NCBI GenBank assembly: GCA_002269645.1
Contig: NIVC01002902.1
Coordinates: 62,001 to 126,000 of the forward strand
DNA: 64,000 nt
Source of the DNA: Macrostomum lignano
Taxonomy: Eukaryota
Direction of reading: 5' to 3'
This document shows positions 34,264-46,253 of the stretch, piece by piece (position 1 is the stretch's first letter; each line of letters starts with the position of its first letter). Made by a program: the position numbers and the translations under genes. Below the pieces are notes generated by a model. It searched no databases. It saw only the letters and a list, made by a program, of their open reading frames with translations, and was not told the origin of the DNA.

Positions 34264-36236
34264 GCTCTCAGATGACTCCCAGCAAGACAGGCGCCTGAGC
34301 GAGGAGCTGCATCAGCTGCTCAGCGAGGCGGGATTCACCGAGCAGAGAGCAAAGTGTCAGCAGAGACTTGCTGACTGGCTGGAAGGAGTCGCTCGAGTCC
34401 TCACACAGGATGGCAGGCGGATGACGGGCAGCTACGCAGAGGGCTGGGCCAACAGTCTGGTGCAAGTGAACGGCAGGACAGCTGCAGACTCGGACATTGA
34501 CTGGACTGTGCTGGTTGCTGGGCAAAAGTTCCATCTGGCAGGTGGCTGCAAAAGAAATACGGACTCCTGCAGAGACGCCACTCGTCTGAAGGTCACGGAA
34601 GGCCACGCACAGGTGGCAGTGGGAGCAGGTGAGTGAGGCTGAGTAAATCATACGATCAAACGACGAGCATCAATCAAACAGTAACTTAAATCAAATATTT
34701 TTCATATTTTTCTGAATAATATCAAATGAATACTTTCTCCTTCTGTTCCTCTTATTGCCCTCTGCAGGCAGCCAACCTGCAGCCACAGCCACGGCGTGCG
34801 GTGTGCGGCCTGCACAGGACACGTGCCATGCGATCGACTGCTGCAGCAGTTCCTTTGAGGACAGAATTGAAAAACTTTTTCCAAACGATTATAAGAAAGT
34901 TCACCTCGTTAGGGCGACCAGACCGAGCTCGACCAACGAGCTCAGAGTGAGCTTCAGCTTCCATGAGAAACGCATCATGAGAAACCTGAGCACAGTCCAG
35001 GGCCAGCTGTTCACACTCATCAAGTTCATCTTCAAGAGACACTTGCCGCTCACTCTGGACACACCTGGACTCAAGACCTACCATGCAAAGACTCTGCTCT
35101 TCACAATGCTGAAGAAGCATGGTACATATCCTGAAACTGAGGCTTGGCAGCCCCACAATCTGATCGCTCTGCTCAAGGAGTCTCTCGACATGATGCTGAG
35201 CTTCATCGACTCGAGCAGCTCGGCCGATGAGTGCATGCCGCACTTCTTCATGCCCAACGCTCCGCTCTACTTCAAGAACGCTGGAATCGGCGGCGACTTC
35301 GACAACACGAAGGCGAGGGTTCGAGACCGACTTCGTGAGCTGAGAAGCGACATCAGCGGAGTGGTCGAGCAGCTGAGGAGACTCGTGAGACCTCTGCAGT
35401 CAGAGAAGTTCTACTTTCACCCGTTCACTCTGCTGCCTCTGACAGCGCCGCCTGCTGTCACGGAGATCAGGGAAGGAAGTGTTAGCGATGAGTTTTACTA
35501 CAAGTTCGCAGACGTGTACAGTGTGGTGCACCAGTGTGTGAGCGAGCTGCAGTCGGAATCGAGCGACAGAGACACCCTGATGAGGCAGCTCAGTCTCCTG
35601 CATGAGCTGCAGTGGTGCAAGTGCGCCGCCCTGTGCATGACCGCCATGGCGCATTTGAAGTTCGGAGAATCTGAGGAGGCTGAGAGACTCGCGATGGAGC
35701 TGCAGAGACATCAGGTTGAGTCAGGGTTGAAGCCACATGATATTCAAAAAAAAGAGAGATCGTTGTGGGGCGGTGAGATAAAACTGCCATCAGACTCAGA
35801 CTGGGCGTGGAGGTTCTGCCTCCCCTGCGACTCTCCGCCTTGCTTCCCATTCCTTCCCGAGTTCACGCAGACTCTGTTGACAGCCAGACTGTCGCAGCCT
35901 CTCTCCTCCCACCTGTATGTGAACTTCCGCTGCCTGAGCTGGAGTCTCCAAGCTGAGCTGCTCCGCAATCGCGCATTCGATCATTGGATTGAACAGCTGC
36001 TTGGAGACCCGGACTTGGAGGAGCTGCTCACTCTGGCTCACTACAGCGACTGCCGCGAGCACGTGGAGCTCAGCCTGCAGCAGATGGAGATGATCGAGAA
36101 AGAGAGACGCGTCGCCATGGAGACGCAGGACGAGGAGAAGATCGGCTGGGTCAGGCAGAAGCTGGAGAGACTTGATGAAGCCGGCCAGAGTCCTCAAAAT
36201 CGAGTCGGAAAGTCGAGATCGGAAAAGGAAGGCTGA
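34264..36236 (+). CDS. Mab-21/cGLR exons, copy B (open frame, 3' of the nonsense codon)
   Basis: ORFs 34124..34636 and 34755..36236 join via the phase-1 intron 34629-34767; motifs as in copy A. Confidence 0.8.
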
Positions 36237-36849
36237 GTCAGACAATGTCTAATTTAGCAATGGAAACGCTTCTTCGGTTTGTCAGCTTTTTAGGAAATGA
36301 GCACATCGAGAGCCATCGAGTGCGAGCAGCCCTCCAGCTATGAACTGCAGTTTTGTACATTTGTGCTGCAATTCAATTTACACTGAATTCTGAATTCCTT
36401 TCTTCCCTTCAAACTGCGTGTCTGCTTTGATGCGGGCTTTTCTCTGTGATTTTCTTATGCGCACTTCAATACCCGATTGCCAATGCTGTTTAATGAAAAT
36501 ATTCAAGCCAAATGCACAGGTAGCAGTTATCTGCATGAACCTGAAAAATTCAAAGGTCGGCTGGGTCAGGGAGAAGCTGGAGTGACTTGATGCAGCAGTT
36601 TGAGTTGAACTCGGAATTTTGTAAGCTTCTCTGGCTTTTGCGCGAGCTGTTCAAAAAATTTTAATTTATATATTACAGATTAACATTTTCAATCTACTTT
36701 TACTATTACAAATACTTTGTGTACATACTCCTTTATTATTTAAGCACCCGCTCTCTGAATCAGTTCGATCAGTTTACAAATTGATTTCATCATGTACTTT
36801 CAATATTTACTCATGTATCCTGCAGTGACTGACAGCCTGACAGCTCCCC

Positions 36850-37010
36850 GTGTCTCCCTCTCCTCCCCAGTGTCTCCCTCTTCTCCCCCAGTATCTCCCT
36901 CTTCTCCCCCAGTGTCTCCCTCTTCTCCCCCAGTGTCTCCCTCTTCTCCCCCAGTGTCTCCCTCTTCTCCCCCAGTGTCTCCCTCTTCTCCCCCAGTGTC
37001 TCTCCCCCCT
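36850..37010. repeat. 21-bp minisatellite (CTTCTCCCCCAGTGTCTCCCT)n
   Basis: About 7 direct units at the right end of copy B. Confidence 0.93.
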
Positions 37011-39219
37011 CGAGCACGTCTGAGGGGTTTTGAAGCCAAGTTTGGGGAGCTGTTTGCTTCGATTCACTCTAATATAGAAAGCCCAGTGAAGTGGCCGAAA
37101 GCATTTTTGATTCCAACATTGTGTTTTTAGTACTTGGCGCAGTGGTCCTAAAAACCTAAAAATCAGAGCTCCAACCGCCTAGTGCTCAAGTGTCATTTAT
37201 CTCCTCGCCTTGTACTCAAATTATGGATTGCGCAGATCACCACAGTAAACTGTCCATATTGAAAGCATTGTACATAAAGAACGCAAAACCCTTCCTCAAT
37301 GCTTAATTAGCAGGAAGGGCAGTAGTGTGCATCTCAGAGTAATATAGGATTGTCGCGTTTTTTAAAACTATTTTTGTTTGACTTCTAACTCACTGTTCAC
37401 AATGCGCTCATCCACATGCATACGTTTCGCGCCTCTTGCCCTTTTCGTGCAAATCTTTTACTCCAGCTGACGATGCTGCATGCTCAGCGAAGCGTCTTAC
37501 TCGTGATCTTGAGTTTTTTACGTCAATAGTATGTAGCAGTGTTGTATCGTCAACAGTAATTTATCGTTACTTCAACAAAAAACTTTTTTTACTTTTCAAA
37601 ATCGAAACCCATCACCTTTTATTCGAGATGCCAATTATTTTGTAAAGAAAACGGGGATGCTTTGTTTTTTCTGAATTTCGTAGATGCTAGTGATGTGCAA
37701 CTATGCGAGAAGTATTCAGCAACAGTAAAAATGTCCACCCTCGAAGCAAGATAAAAGTTTTTTTCACTTATTGCGAAAATTTCTCACCTCACTGACAGTT
37801 CAACCCTCCAGTTACGCCACAAAGCCGCCACGAGAAAGGGAAAGTTGATTCATAATCAATAATAAACGTCAGTCAAACAAAATCAGTTAGAATCGCGATT
37901 ATTAATAACGCGTGTGGGTTTCCCTCGCACGCAGAAGGGCTTCCCCAGATGAGGCGGCGCAAAGTCCCGGGGAAGCTGCTGCCAAAAGCGTTTTCAATGG
38001 CATGACCGTTTAGTCACCAAGTTGTACCAGGTCTATTGGCTTTGTCTATTTAAATACCACTAATGCCACGAATTTGTCACAGCTGTCCTGTTACTTCTCT
38101 AAAAGATGCCACCTTTGACTCCAAGTTGTAGTTGGTTTTGTTTTATTTCTAAATGCTGTCTCAGTAAATTCTACCAAATATTACTAAGCTGCCTACTTTA
38201 AGTAGCGTTGGCTGCCCTAAACTATGATTCTTCCTAGAAATTTCTAACTCACAATTTCTTAGAAACCTTGTGATAGCGTGTAGTGCACTAGAGTAGTGCA
38301 AATACCTGTAGTGCACTTGTAAGACACTGTCTAATTTCCTAATTTTGTCTGAAAGTCTTGCGTTTTCCGAGGATCAAGGGTGTCCAGCGGTAGCTAATTT
38401 ATTCTCATAATGCCTAATTCCTTAGCGCCTATCCAACCTGCACGGCTTTCTTAGGGTCTGTACGAAATGAATCCCGGCCTAATTCGGGGTCTCCACGACC
38501 TTTAGTTTCACTATTCAGATCCCCAGTTCTGAGGCTCCACGACCTTTAGTCTTCCCTATTCAGTAAATATATAGCGAAACAAGTTTTAGCGGAAGTTTTC
38601 AGAGTTGAACTTCAAGTTCTAAGAGTTATTAAGCCAGAGCTGTCGAACAAGTGAACAGGTGAACAAGTTGTATATTTTTCAACTCAAATTTCTTTCTTTT
38701 ATAGTCATTAACAGAGGAGGGGGGTGAACATACTACGTTTAAACAAATCATCAAAGGGGGAATTTTAACAAAAGTAGAGTTGAAACAAAATTTTACGATA
38801 TTAAAACAAAAAAAGAGAAATTCGCTGATTGGTTATAAATTGGGTTATAATTCGCATGATTAATTACTATAAGTAGACTGATTCAGATATTTAAACGACC
38901 CTGCCTCACTTCATTCCTCAAGATTGAGAGACTTTACCTGCACTCTCAAAAGCGGCGACCACAGACGGAATCTTCTGTGATGGCGAATTTTCGATTTTGC
39001 TGAGTATATACAGCATAGACGAGAACGTGAAAAGAGGTCAGATACAGCTATCGCCCCAGATCCCTAAAAACTCATGCTACAGTTTGTTGGTTATCATAAG
39101 CGCTACTCATTGGCTGATCAGCCAAGCTGTGTTCAAGCCAAATAAAGCGACTCAGTTCCCACAGTTTTCATATCCACACACTGTGTGTCTCACCGTTTGT
39201 TAGCTAATTTGATTCACCG

Positions 39220-40344
39220 ATGAGGTTCAACCCGATCGAGTTGACGTCTCTGCTGAGGCTTCTTCTGCTCCTTCTGCTCCAGCTGCTGCTGACGGCTGCC
39301 AGCGGAGCCGCGGACGCGACCGGCTGTCGCAGCAGCTCCCTGCAGTCGCTGCAGCCCCTGCATAGCGAAGCCTCTGTGCCGGATTCGGATCGGCAACGCC
39401 AGATTCGACTGCCGAACGCGCAGCTCATCGACGGCGCCGCCGACCTGAAGTCCTGCGCCCTGGCCTGCGCTCTCCGACCGACCGTCTGCGCGATCGCTCA
39501 GTTCCGGTTCGCTGCCCGTCTGTGTCACGTGACCCCGGAGCTGCCGCAACCCGCCAGCGAGACCGAGGCTGCTGTGACGGCGACTCGAGGTGACTGCGTG
39601 GCGACGCTGCTGAGACGCAACGCATCCGGAGCCTCGGGCTGGCCGTTCGCTGCTCGAATGTCCGCTTTCTTCGACTTCTGCCTCTCCGAGCGGAACCTCG
39701 GCGGCAGCGTCGGATCCGGCTTCTCGACGTCGGCACCGGCGCAGTTCCTCGGCGCCGCTGAGCGCAACTTGTCGGGCGCGGCGCTGCCGGGCCGGTTCGA
39801 TTCGTTCGTAAAAATCCCACTGCCATCTCCAGGATTTCAAGCTTTTGTCTCTCCCAACAAAGAGTACTCAGTTTTCTTTAGCATCGATGGATCGCCAAGA
39901 GTTCCTTCCGAAATGACTCACCTGTGGTGGGTGGTGACGTCTGGCGGAAGCAACACGCCGTTCTGCGCGTTCGCCTACTTCTCGGGCAGCAAAGTGAAAT
40001 TCGTAAACTTGTTTACCCGTCTGACTGGGTTCCTCACGGATGCTTCATTGCCTCTGGTGCCTTTTAAGAAGTTCTACATGGGCCTGAGCTACAGCAGTGC
40101 TTCTGGAGCTCACACTGTTGTCTGCAATGGCACAGACTTTTCTATTTCAAATCGGACCAACTACGAGCTGAATATTGATGCCGAGTACACTGAGATCTGG
40201 CTGGGATCGCAAGGGACCAGCGATTCTGCCGCCTTTGAGGGAAGAAAAATCTGCTTTGCATTTGCTCCCGTGTCCATGACGGTTGAACCTATAAAGCTTT
40301 GGGTTCAGTTTGCTGAGCTGTTTGTCACGAGTGTGACGGATTGA
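39220..40344 (+). CDS. Secreted PAN/apple-like + concanavalin-A/LamG (pentraxin-like) domain protein, 374 aa, single exon
   Basis: Leu-rich signal peptide; CALACALRPTVC..LC PAN-like motif; beta-rich C-terminal half with a late IWLGSQG..FEG motif typical of LamG-like folds. The fold call comes from motif resemblance only. Confidence 0.7.
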   Translation: MRFNPIELTSLLRLLLLLLLQLLLTAASGAADATGCRSSSLQSLQPLHSEASVPDSDRQRQIRLPNAQLIDGAADLKSCALACALRPTVCAIAQFRFAARLCHVTPELPQPASETEAAVTATRGDCVATLLRRNASGASGWPFAARMSAFFDFCLSERNLGGSVGSGFSTSAPAQFLGAAERNLSGAALPGRFDSFVKIPLPSPGFQAFVSPNKEYSVFFSIDGSPRVPSEMTHLWWVVTSGGSNTPFCAFAYFSGSKVKFVNLFTRLTGFLTDASLPLVPFKKFYMGLSYSSASGAHTVVCNGTDFSISNRTNYELNIDAEYTEIWLGSQGTSDSAAFEGRKICFAFAPVSMTVEPIKLWVQFAELFVTSVTD

Positions 40345-41588
40345 ACTAACAACAAAACCGTTTTTATTGTTTGTTGTCAGCCCTAAAGTTACAAGAAACA
40401 CTGACAAGATATAAGAAAATATGCACAGTGGCAGTGCATAGTAAAATATCTACTTTATCTGAGCAACTTTTTTCTGAAAGTTTTTTTGGTTTGCCTGTCA
40501 GATTAAAAATCAAATTCAATCTAACGACCCACTCCGTTAAAAAATTCGAAAAACTAACCAGTTTATACTTTCTATTGATTCATGGTTTTCTTTTTGATCC
40601 ACCTAGCAAAAAAGTTGTGTTGCTATCCATTTTAATTAATAGTCCTTAGCTCTCCTCTGTTGTCAAAAGGCCCTAAAATATTTGAATACTAATAATATGG
40701 GAATATCTTAATATAATTGGCTCACGCTGTTACGCGGCGGCACAAAAGAAAGTGCTAAGCAATGTCTTTATATGTTAGTTTCAGCAGGTATCGTCTTACG
40801 TAACGACAAGCCTGCAAAAGAGGCATCCTTGATCACAAGCCGGTCGACTTTTCGCTTGGGACTTTTGCTTTACGAAGTCCCAGACGAGCAGACTCCGATT
40901 GAAGCGAAGTGTTCTTCTGCGCCTGTCTTCATGCAATTACAGTTTGTAGGCACTGGACTAATCAATCAATCAATATTCAATCAAAAAGCTGCTACACTCA
41001 CTTCCGATCAAATTGGATAGTCTGATGTACACTTTGATATTGACTCTCATAGTTCGTGTGAGTCCATTTCTTTTTTCTTGCTACAGAAGTGAATTTTAGC
41101 CCCGAAAATTTGCTGGATATGCTTACAGAGTACACATGCGCACGAAAGTAACCAAGTAGGCTCGTACTAACTTCAGTATCAAAAAACTTATCTCACCCCT
41201 GCCGTGTGTCCACCAAATCTGAGAAAGTTAGATAAGATGCACTAAAATGGTTTTAATTGCTTTCATGTCCTCCCATGTCCCCCCGGTGGCGACGACCCAT
41301 GGTTGATTATACGAGTTATATGCACTTAGGCTTTTAACATCGTTGGCATCAGCCCTAGACTTTCTCTCATTAGCAAGTTAAAAGTCTTAGAAGAAGAAGC
41401 ATCTCAAATCCTAGGAGGTTTCCCTCAGCTTCCTCTCCCAATTAGAACAACGACTGAGCCCTCGTATAGTTTTGAGCCGCAAAAAAGGCCGTAAAAATTA
41501 AGTAGCCGCTCCTGTTTGAACAATTACAGACAGGTGCATGTTTTCTGTTCTAATACAGCTGAGAGCCACCTAAATCGGAGGCCACGAG

Positions 41589-41594
41589 TATAAA
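41589..41594 (+). promoter_or_regulatory. Candidate TATA box for the PAN-C-type lectin gene
   Basis: TATAAA ~75 nt upstream of ATG 41663. Confidence 0.35.
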
Positions 41595-41662
41595 TCTTGA
41601 GCTAAAACTCAGCTGCAGATGCGTCTGTTAATTTTACCGCCGTGGTTTCTTAAGCGTTGACA

Positions 41663-42400
41663 ATGAGCATTATTCTCTTGACGATGTTCTTGGCTCTGGG
41701 CCTCACGCTCGGCAGTGACAACCAGCAGCTGTATGTCCTCATCAACGGATATCTCTGCATCAACGGCGAGTTTGTTGAGACCTACTCAAGCGTACTCAAC
41801 GAAGTCGGCTGCGCCGCTCTGTGCGCCCAAAACCAGCGCTGTCAGGCGTTCAGCCTGGCTGACGGTCCGTGCCAGCTGTTCGTGTTCGACAAGTGCAGCA
41901 AGTCGGTGAGGAGCTGCGGCTGCTCCAGGAGAGGCCGGGTGTTTGTCAAGCAGCGGCCGGGACTCGAGGCGGGCGCGCTGTGTCCGTCTGGCTACGGCAT
42001 GGACCTGTGCGGAGTAAAGTACAGGCTGTACTCTGGCATCGGGACGTGGTGGCCGAGCAGGCAGAAGTGCGAGTCAGAGAGCGGTCTGGTCATCATGGCC
42101 GACGTGACCAGCAAGCAGGAGATGAGCCACGTGGACTCGATCTGCTCGAACTACAGCTCTGGACAGTCGATCTGGCTCGGAGGCCTCCAGCCAACAGGCA
42201 GTGCAGAGCCGGCTGGCGGCTGGTACTGGGTCGGCTGCAATGGCACCGTGGACGCTGCTCTGTGGGCCGACGGTGAGCCTAGCAATTCGGGTAACGAAAA
42301 CGTTATAATCAGATACCATGGCTTGGCTGGTCTGGCCGACTGTTCCGAGACATGCACAGTGTCTACCGTTCTGTGCGAGTGCGTCTCGCCCTTCGCCTGA
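41663..42400 (+). CDS. Secreted PAN/apple-like + C-type lectin domain protein (245 aa, single exon)
   Basis: Signal peptide; CAALCAQNQRC..C; CTLD hallmarks TW..SRQKC, IWLGG, EPAGGWYW, WADGEPSN, LAD, and terminal VLCE. Confidence 0.88.
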   Translation: MSIILLTMFLALGLTLGSDNQQLYVLINGYLCINGEFVETYSSVLNEVGCAALCAQNQRCQAFSLADGPCQLFVFDKCSKSVRSCGCSRRGRVFVKQRPGLEAGALCPSGYGMDLCGVKYRLYSGIGTWWPSRQKCESESGLVIMADVTSKQEMSHVDSICSNYSSGQSIWLGGLQPTGSAEPAGGWYWVGCNGTVDAALWADGEPSNSGNENVIIRYHGLAGLADCSETCTVSTVLCECVSPFA

Positions 42401-42790
42401 TGCCCGGATGCTGCGCTGTGACAACAAGCTGATGCCAACTTCAGAGATCGGTCTGTGGAATAACTTTTAAATTATTAAATCTGAAAATTTAATTTACCAG
42501 CTCTTGAATATTAGCTGAACAGCGAATCGTCTTGATTTGTTTAAACTTTAAAGTTTGTGCCGTATCTTCTGAAGAAATGTACCGGATATATGAATTTCAG
42601 TGTTTCGAATTACTCGTTGTTCTAGGACGCAACACAAATGCTCCATATTTTGTTTCAATTTTTATGTGCCATATTTTTATGGCACAGTCTTTCATAATGC
42701 CAAAATGGCTTAGTCAAGTCTTTTGCATTGTGTATTGTTACGAGATCAAAGGCAGACATATGGTAGATTGTGTCTATGGTTTTGAAGGTA

Positions 42791-43920
42791 CGAGGGGCGT
42801 ACTGAAAGTTTTGAGATACGGCTGACTCATAAGTCACAACTGCACAACTTTTTATGTACACATTCTACCACCCTTAAGATGATTGAATATTAGTTTTTAG
42901 CCTTTGCGCTCCTGTCAATTTTTCATAATCACTCTTCAAAGTCAATACCCCCTACCAAACTGTACTTGCTCCAATGGAGTTGACAAGCCGCGACTTTCGT
43001 GCCATGATAGTTTACGACCAGCGAAAAGGTCTCACGCAGGAGCAGTGCGTTGAAAGTTTACGTGCTGCTTTTGGAGACCAAGCCCCTTTACGTGCCACAG
43101 TTTTTCGGTGGTACAGCGAATGTAAGCGGGGCCGAAGCAGCCTTGATGACGAGCCTTGGACGGGATGTCCAGCTTCCGCAGTCACGTCCGAAAACATCAC
43201 TGCTGTCTGGAGAATGATTGCCGAGGACCGGCGAGTGACTTGTGCAGAGATCTGAGAGGCTCTCGGCATTGGATCGGCAGCGGTTACGACCATCCTGCAC
43301 GACAAGCTGGGAACCTCCAAGCGGTGTGCCCGCTGGGTGTCCCACAACCTGACGGAGGACCAGAAAGCGGAGAGGGTGCGTTGGTGCGAGTTTATGCTCG
43401 AATGATTCGATTCTGGGACCTCAAAGCGATGCTGGGAGATCATCACAGCTAATGAGACCTGGGTCTACCAGTACGACCCGGAAACCAAGCAGCAGTCGGC
43501 AGTTTGGCTCCTTCCGGACGATGCCACCCCAACGAAGGTCAAGCGGGCCCGCAGCGTCGGGAAGCAGATGGTGGCGACTTTCTTCAGTCAGGCTGGCCAC
43601 CTGGTGACCGTAGCGCTCCAAGACAGACGGACAGTCAATGCCGACTGGTATATCAACCAGTGCCTGCCGCTCGTGCTCGATGCGTGGCGCAGACGCCGGC
43701 CGCGCACCGGACTTCGTGGCCTGCTCCTGCACCACGACAACGCCAGTGCGCACACGGCTGCTGCAACTTTGGCATTTCTGGCCCAGAATGGAGTCCAGTT
43801 GGTGACGCATCCTGCATATTCCCCTGACCTGGCACCCTGCGACTTTTTCTCTTCCTTTTGGTGAAGAACCAACTGCGTGCATGGGACTCGGTTTGAGAGC
43901 CCTGAAGCAGCAAGATTCAA
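42791..43920 (+). mobile_element. Decayed mariner (D34D) element with left TIR
   Basis: TA followed by CGAGGGGCGTACTGAAAG at 42789. Transposase 42974..~43860 has WVSHNL, NETWVY (first Asp lost), HDNASAH and YSPDLAPCD. Stops at 43253 and 43403, frameshift near 43850; no right TIR found. Confidence 0.92.
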
Positions 43921-44132
43921 GTTCGAGCGAGTGGTGTCAGCATGCAGTGCCAAAATAAAAACACTTATTCACAAAACATTTCTGTAAGGTGCGAGTACTT
44001 CTAACGCAGAAAGTCACAATTTCAATTTGGATACACGATCAGCTCTACTCAGAGCAGCAGTATAGATGAGGAAAGTCAACAAAAGAAGGTTTGATTCAAA
44101 CCTAAAAGTTGCCTAACAGGCTGTAGTACTCG

Positions 44133-44140
44133 TATATAAA
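44133..44140 (+). promoter_or_regulatory. Candidate TATA box for WSC-PAN gene 3
   Basis: TATATAAA ~45 nt upstream of ATG 44182. Confidence 0.45.
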
Positions 44141-44181
44141 GCAGTGAGACAAGAGTTCTCAGCACAAGAAAAGAGACCAAG

Positions 44182-45723
44182 ATGTCTCCTCTTGTCTATC
44201 GCCCGGCAGTCTTGGCAGCAGCCTGCTACTCTCTCCTACTGGTCATTGGCGTCACCGCTGCTCGAGTCATTCAAGTCTCCTACATTGGCTGCTTCATGGA
44301 CAACAGCACCAGGGACATGAGAGGCTTGTCAAGAATCAGGAGTGTCGGCGAAATCTCCGTTTCGGATTCAAAGGTGTCGAGCGATAACATGACTCAGGAG
44401 TTCTGCAGCGGCTTCTGTGCACTTGGAGGCTTCCCGTACTTCGGGTTGCAGTACGCAAGGGCCTGTTACTGCAGCTGGGACTTCGGCTCGGTCGGACCTG
44501 CCAAGGAAAGCGACTGCAATATAACTTGCAACGGAAACTCCAGTCAGATCTGTGGAGGCTTTTGGCGAAATTCGGTGTTCGCTCTGACCTATCCGAGTGA
44601 GTTTGTCTGCACTCAGATTGCACTCCAATCAGAATTGGTGTACCATTTCTTTTAGCATATACATGCAGCCTCAAGCAGTCTAAGTGATGAATTGAAACGA
44701 AACGCGAGTTCATAGCAACAAGACATTAATGATCAATTACTGCATTTAGGCCGTATTTAAATATTATATTGCAATAGATGGCGACTTATCGCGTTCAGAA
44801 CTGAACTTTAGTTCACTAGTCTAGCTATTCATTAGACTAGCTGCGAGTGTAGCACTATGGCTATTGATCGAATAGTTAAGAAGCAGAAGACGTACATTCA
44901 CAGCGACAGAATTCACAGTTTCTGAGGAACATGCACGTGCCATCCCGAACGGAGCATTTTCTCCAGCAATCAACGGAGACAATGAAGCAGGTGCTTTTGT
45001 TAACCAAACAGAAGATGAAGATTAGACTTTGACGCCTCAGAAATCCCATCATTCAGTCGGATGTAGCATCGGAGCATCGGAGTACAGTATTCTGCACTTG
45101 CACTTCTATTTTTTTATGCCTCTGCTTCTGCTTCTGTTCCCGCTTCTGTTCCTGCTTCTCTCACTCTTTAGAAATGTGTCTGCTTTAGAATCTACTCTGC
45201 TTTCTCTACAAGTATATTCCATGCATGTAACCCATTACCGGTCAGGATGTTTGACCAAAGGCAGTGCTTCGCTTTAAAAAATCTCACATGAGTCTTACTG
45301 CAAGTCAAAAAAGTTTACTCATGTCTTTTAAAAGATTTTCTTGACTAGCAAGAATTTCTACCGAGATTCTCTTAATATCATATCTATTCATAGCGTCCAT
45401 TGAGCCAAAGTTCATACATTTCTTGACGTCTTGACGTCTATTCTTACAGATGCTTTAACTAAAATTAGCCCTGCTTGTTTGCTTCAGAGCGGAGCTGCTT
45501 CAAGCAGTCGCAGATGCCCAACCTCAACGTCTCGTCGACCCTGCCAACCTCCTGGAGTCTCGCCGCCCAAACAGCTCTGGACTGCCTGATCCCGTGCGAG
45601 GCCTCAGCTGACTGCCAGGCTGTGATTTTCTCTGGCCAGCAGCGCCTGTGCCACCTGCTGAGGTTCGCCTACCCGCCTGCCAGTCTGAGCAGCACCGATG
45701 GAGACTACTTTCTGCGCGGCTGA
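44182..45723 (+). CDS. Secreted WSC + PAN/apple-like protein 3 (216 aa; exons 44182-44596, 45488-45723)
   Basis: Signal peptide; YIGCFMD, MTQEFCSGFC, YFGLQYARACYC, CNITCNGNSSQICGG; phase-1 intron GTGAGT..TTCAG at the same position as in genes 1 and 2; exon 2 has CLIPCEASADC..LC. Confidence 0.88.
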
Positions 45724-46253
45724 GTCTGCAGTTGCTAAAGAAACATTAAATGGCTTCACAACTATATCTGAGAGCCACTGGGGATATGAAAGTCTATAAA
45801 AATCGGCCTCCTACTTTTGATAAATATTTGCCAAATAAAGAGTCTCAAAACTGTAATAGTTACAAAGAACAGAAGGCATGCAACAAAACTTATAGTGTGT
45901 GTAAGTATTAGTTCTTGGCTCTGAACAGCTCAAGATGAATCTGAATGGAATCATTGATATGCTTTAAATTGCTGCTTTAAAACATTGCTACTAAAACACA
46001 CAAAAATTTGTAAGGAAACATTGCCAAGTTGGAAGCAAAGGCACTTCAGAATCCTGAGTAAAACACATTTCTTATTTTAAATAAACCATTTTAAACATTA
46101 AACATTAAATAACCTTTGGCTTATCGATATGCATGTAGAAGAAAACAACCAGAAGACCTCACTATTCCTTTGAATCCACAAGTACATACATAATACATAG
46201 CATACGCTTAGCTCTATGGGCTCAATCGACGCTATGAATAGATATTGAGAAAA

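Larger units (their letters stand above)
32261..36236 (+). pseudogene. ANK-cGLR copy B (exons 32261-33360, 33724-33777, 34264-34628, 34768-36236) with in-frame TAG at 33287-33289
   Basis: Same exon structure and phases as copy A (2988 nt total). ATG present; about 5 of the 33-aa repeats; CAG in A is TAG here. Catalytic motifs GSYAEG/DSDID/QDTCHAI are intact. Confidence 0.72.
20365..36860 (+). repeat. Segmental duplication, copy B
   Basis: Colinear with copy A. B-specific blocks include the satellite + mariner (~23015-27685) and ~31150-31650. Boundaries are approximate. Confidence 0.9.
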
